From the NCBI RefSeq assembly GCF_001194135.2, contig NC_069001.1, positions 8,620,989 through 8,654,866 on the forward strand: DNA of 33,878 bases. The letters are read 5' to 3'. Numbering within the stretch: the first letter of the stretch is position 1; the number at the start of each line of letters is the position of its first letter. The stretch comes from Octopus bimaculoides (Eukaryota). The translations under genes were made by a program, and so were the position numbers. This document shows, piece after piece, positions 32,303 through 33,878 of the stretch. Under the pieces are notes generated by a model. It searched no databases, was not told the DNA's origin, and saw only the letters and a list, made by a program, of their open reading frames with translations.

Positions 32303-32577
32303 GTACTCGCAACTAAACACATGGCTAGACGAAATTTGCCGTCTCTGATATATAGGAAACACTGCATAATTGATTACCTGATATTGCAAATAACTGCCGA
32401 GCTGAATAAAAACTCGGTGTTCGCAATGAGTAGTAGTAGTTAGTAGTAGTAGTAGTAGTAGTAGTAGAATGGAGGTATGTACTGTAACATCGCGTTAATG
32501 ATTCCCTGCTACTCCTGGCGGATGACATATTTACACCACTCGGGCGACAACCCTCCAACTCATTGGTCTGTTTGGGC

Positions 32578-32633
<56 letters not shown>

Positions 32634-32634
<1 letters not shown>

Positions 32635-33267
32635 GAGGCGCAATGGCCCAGTGGTTAGGGCAACGGACTCGCAGTCATAGGATCACGGTTTCGATTCCCA
32701 GACCGGGCGTTGTGAGTGTTTATTGAGCGAAAACACCTAAGGCTCCACGAGGCTCCGGCAGGGGATGCTGGCGAACCCTGCTGTACTCTTTCACCACAAC
32801 TTTCTCTCACGCTTTCTTCCTGTTTCTGTTGTGCCTGTAATTCAAAGGGTCAGCCTTGTCACACTGTGTCACGCTGAATATCNNNNNNNNNNNNNNNNNN
32901 NNNNNNNNNNNNNNNNNNNNNNNNNNNNNNNNNNNNNNNNNNNNNNNNNNNNNNNNNNNNNNNNNNNNNNNNNNNNNNNNNNNNNNNNNNNNNNNNNNNN
33001 NNNNNNNNNNNNNNNNNNNNNNNNNNNNNNNNNNNNNNNNNNNNNNNNNNNNNNNNNNNNNNNNNNNNNNNNNNNNNNNNNNNNNNNNNNNNNNNNNNNN
33101 NNNNNNNNNNNNNNNNNNNNNNNNNNNNNNNNNNNNNNNNNNNNNNNACGTTAAGGGTACACGTGTCTGTGGAGTGCTCAGCCACTTGCACGTTAATTTC
33201 ACGAGGAGGCCGTTCCGTTGATCGGATCAACTGGAACCCTCGACGTCGTAAACGACGGAGTGCCAAC
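32634..33267 (+). mobile_element. SINE family A1 spanning an assembly gap
   Basis: Both halves match 12344-12736; gap at 32883-33147. Confidence 0.9.
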
Positions 33268-33579
33268 TATAAAAAGTCAAGGTAGAAAATGCTAAAATAA
33301 TTTTATAAAAAACATTTCAGTACCGGTTTCTGTCATTGAGACTTTTGCAACTGTAAGTATGGAAAACAATTAAATTTTGGAAAAATTAAATGAAAAATAT
33401 TTTAAAAGAATATTTGCATAGTATTCAAATACAAGGGGCATTTTCCTTGTTTCTGCCTGTCTCTGTCTCTCTTGTTTACTCTTGTGGGTTCGAGGTCGAT
33501 GTTAAAAGTGACTTAACAGACGAGAGTTTCGTGCATTGTTTATCAAAAGATGATATATAATTTTTGCTGATTAAGTGTA

Positions 33580-33845
33580 CAGTAATCCCTCGCCATATCG
33601 CTGTCCACCTATCGCGGTTTACCTATCGCGGTTTACCTATCGCGGTTTACCTATCGCGGTTTATTGTTTAAGCTTACGTCGATTCTTCTGTGGTGTTGTT
33701 TTGCATTTATAATAAAATAAATATATACAAATTATAAAAATAATAATAAAAAATATACAGTACAGTACTGTTTCCACTTTGCGGATTCTTCACCTATCGC
33801 AGCTGGATTTCGGACGTAACACCCACGATAGTCGAGGGATTACTG
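33580..33845. mobile_element. Tigger/pogo-type MITE, 266 bp
   Basis: Perfect 13-bp TIR cagtaatccctcg / cgagggattactg, TA on both sides. Confidence 0.92.
33607..33662. repeat. 4 perfect copies of acctatcgcggttt (14 bp) inside the Tigger MITE
   Basis: Direct reading. Confidence 0.95.
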
Positions 33846-33878
33846 TATCTGCATATATGTATACGTATAGGTATGTAT

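Noticed and set aside
1596-33266. Long ORFs containing X runs
   Set aside because: They stay open only because they cross N gaps.
33607-33662. CRISPR-like array
   Set aside because: No spacers, eukaryotic context, and it lies inside a MITE.

Overview
Eukaryotic (animal) genomic DNA: AT-rich, very dense in microsatellites, with 11 assembly gaps. The SINE families and repeat load point to an octopod cephalopod (inference from recalled repeat families, not a database match). One host gene is well supported: a 7-exon, + strand homocysteine S-methyltransferase / BHMT-like gene (ATG 3184 to TAA 13757, 349 aa). Exons 2-7 join in frame with canonical GT-AG sites and retain the three Zn cysteines. 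It looks like the invertebrate/marine-bacterial 'AEGY' branch rather than vertebrate BHMT. The rest is mobile-element debris: at least four tRNA-derived SINE families, three RTE LINE relics, a Chapaev3-like transposase relic, and hAT, Tc1/mariner and Tigger MITEs. The most interesting signal is a set of type I hammerhead ribozyme motifs in short, microsatellite-anchored, Penelope-like elements. One is fully canonical (17009-17082) and preceded by a 51-nt antisense arm that would mask its cleavage site. There is also a C3U sister copy (26538-26611), a minimal hammerhead (115-153, minus strand) and a decayed one (32260-32302, minus strand). Most supplied ORFs are artefacts of N runs and simple repeats.
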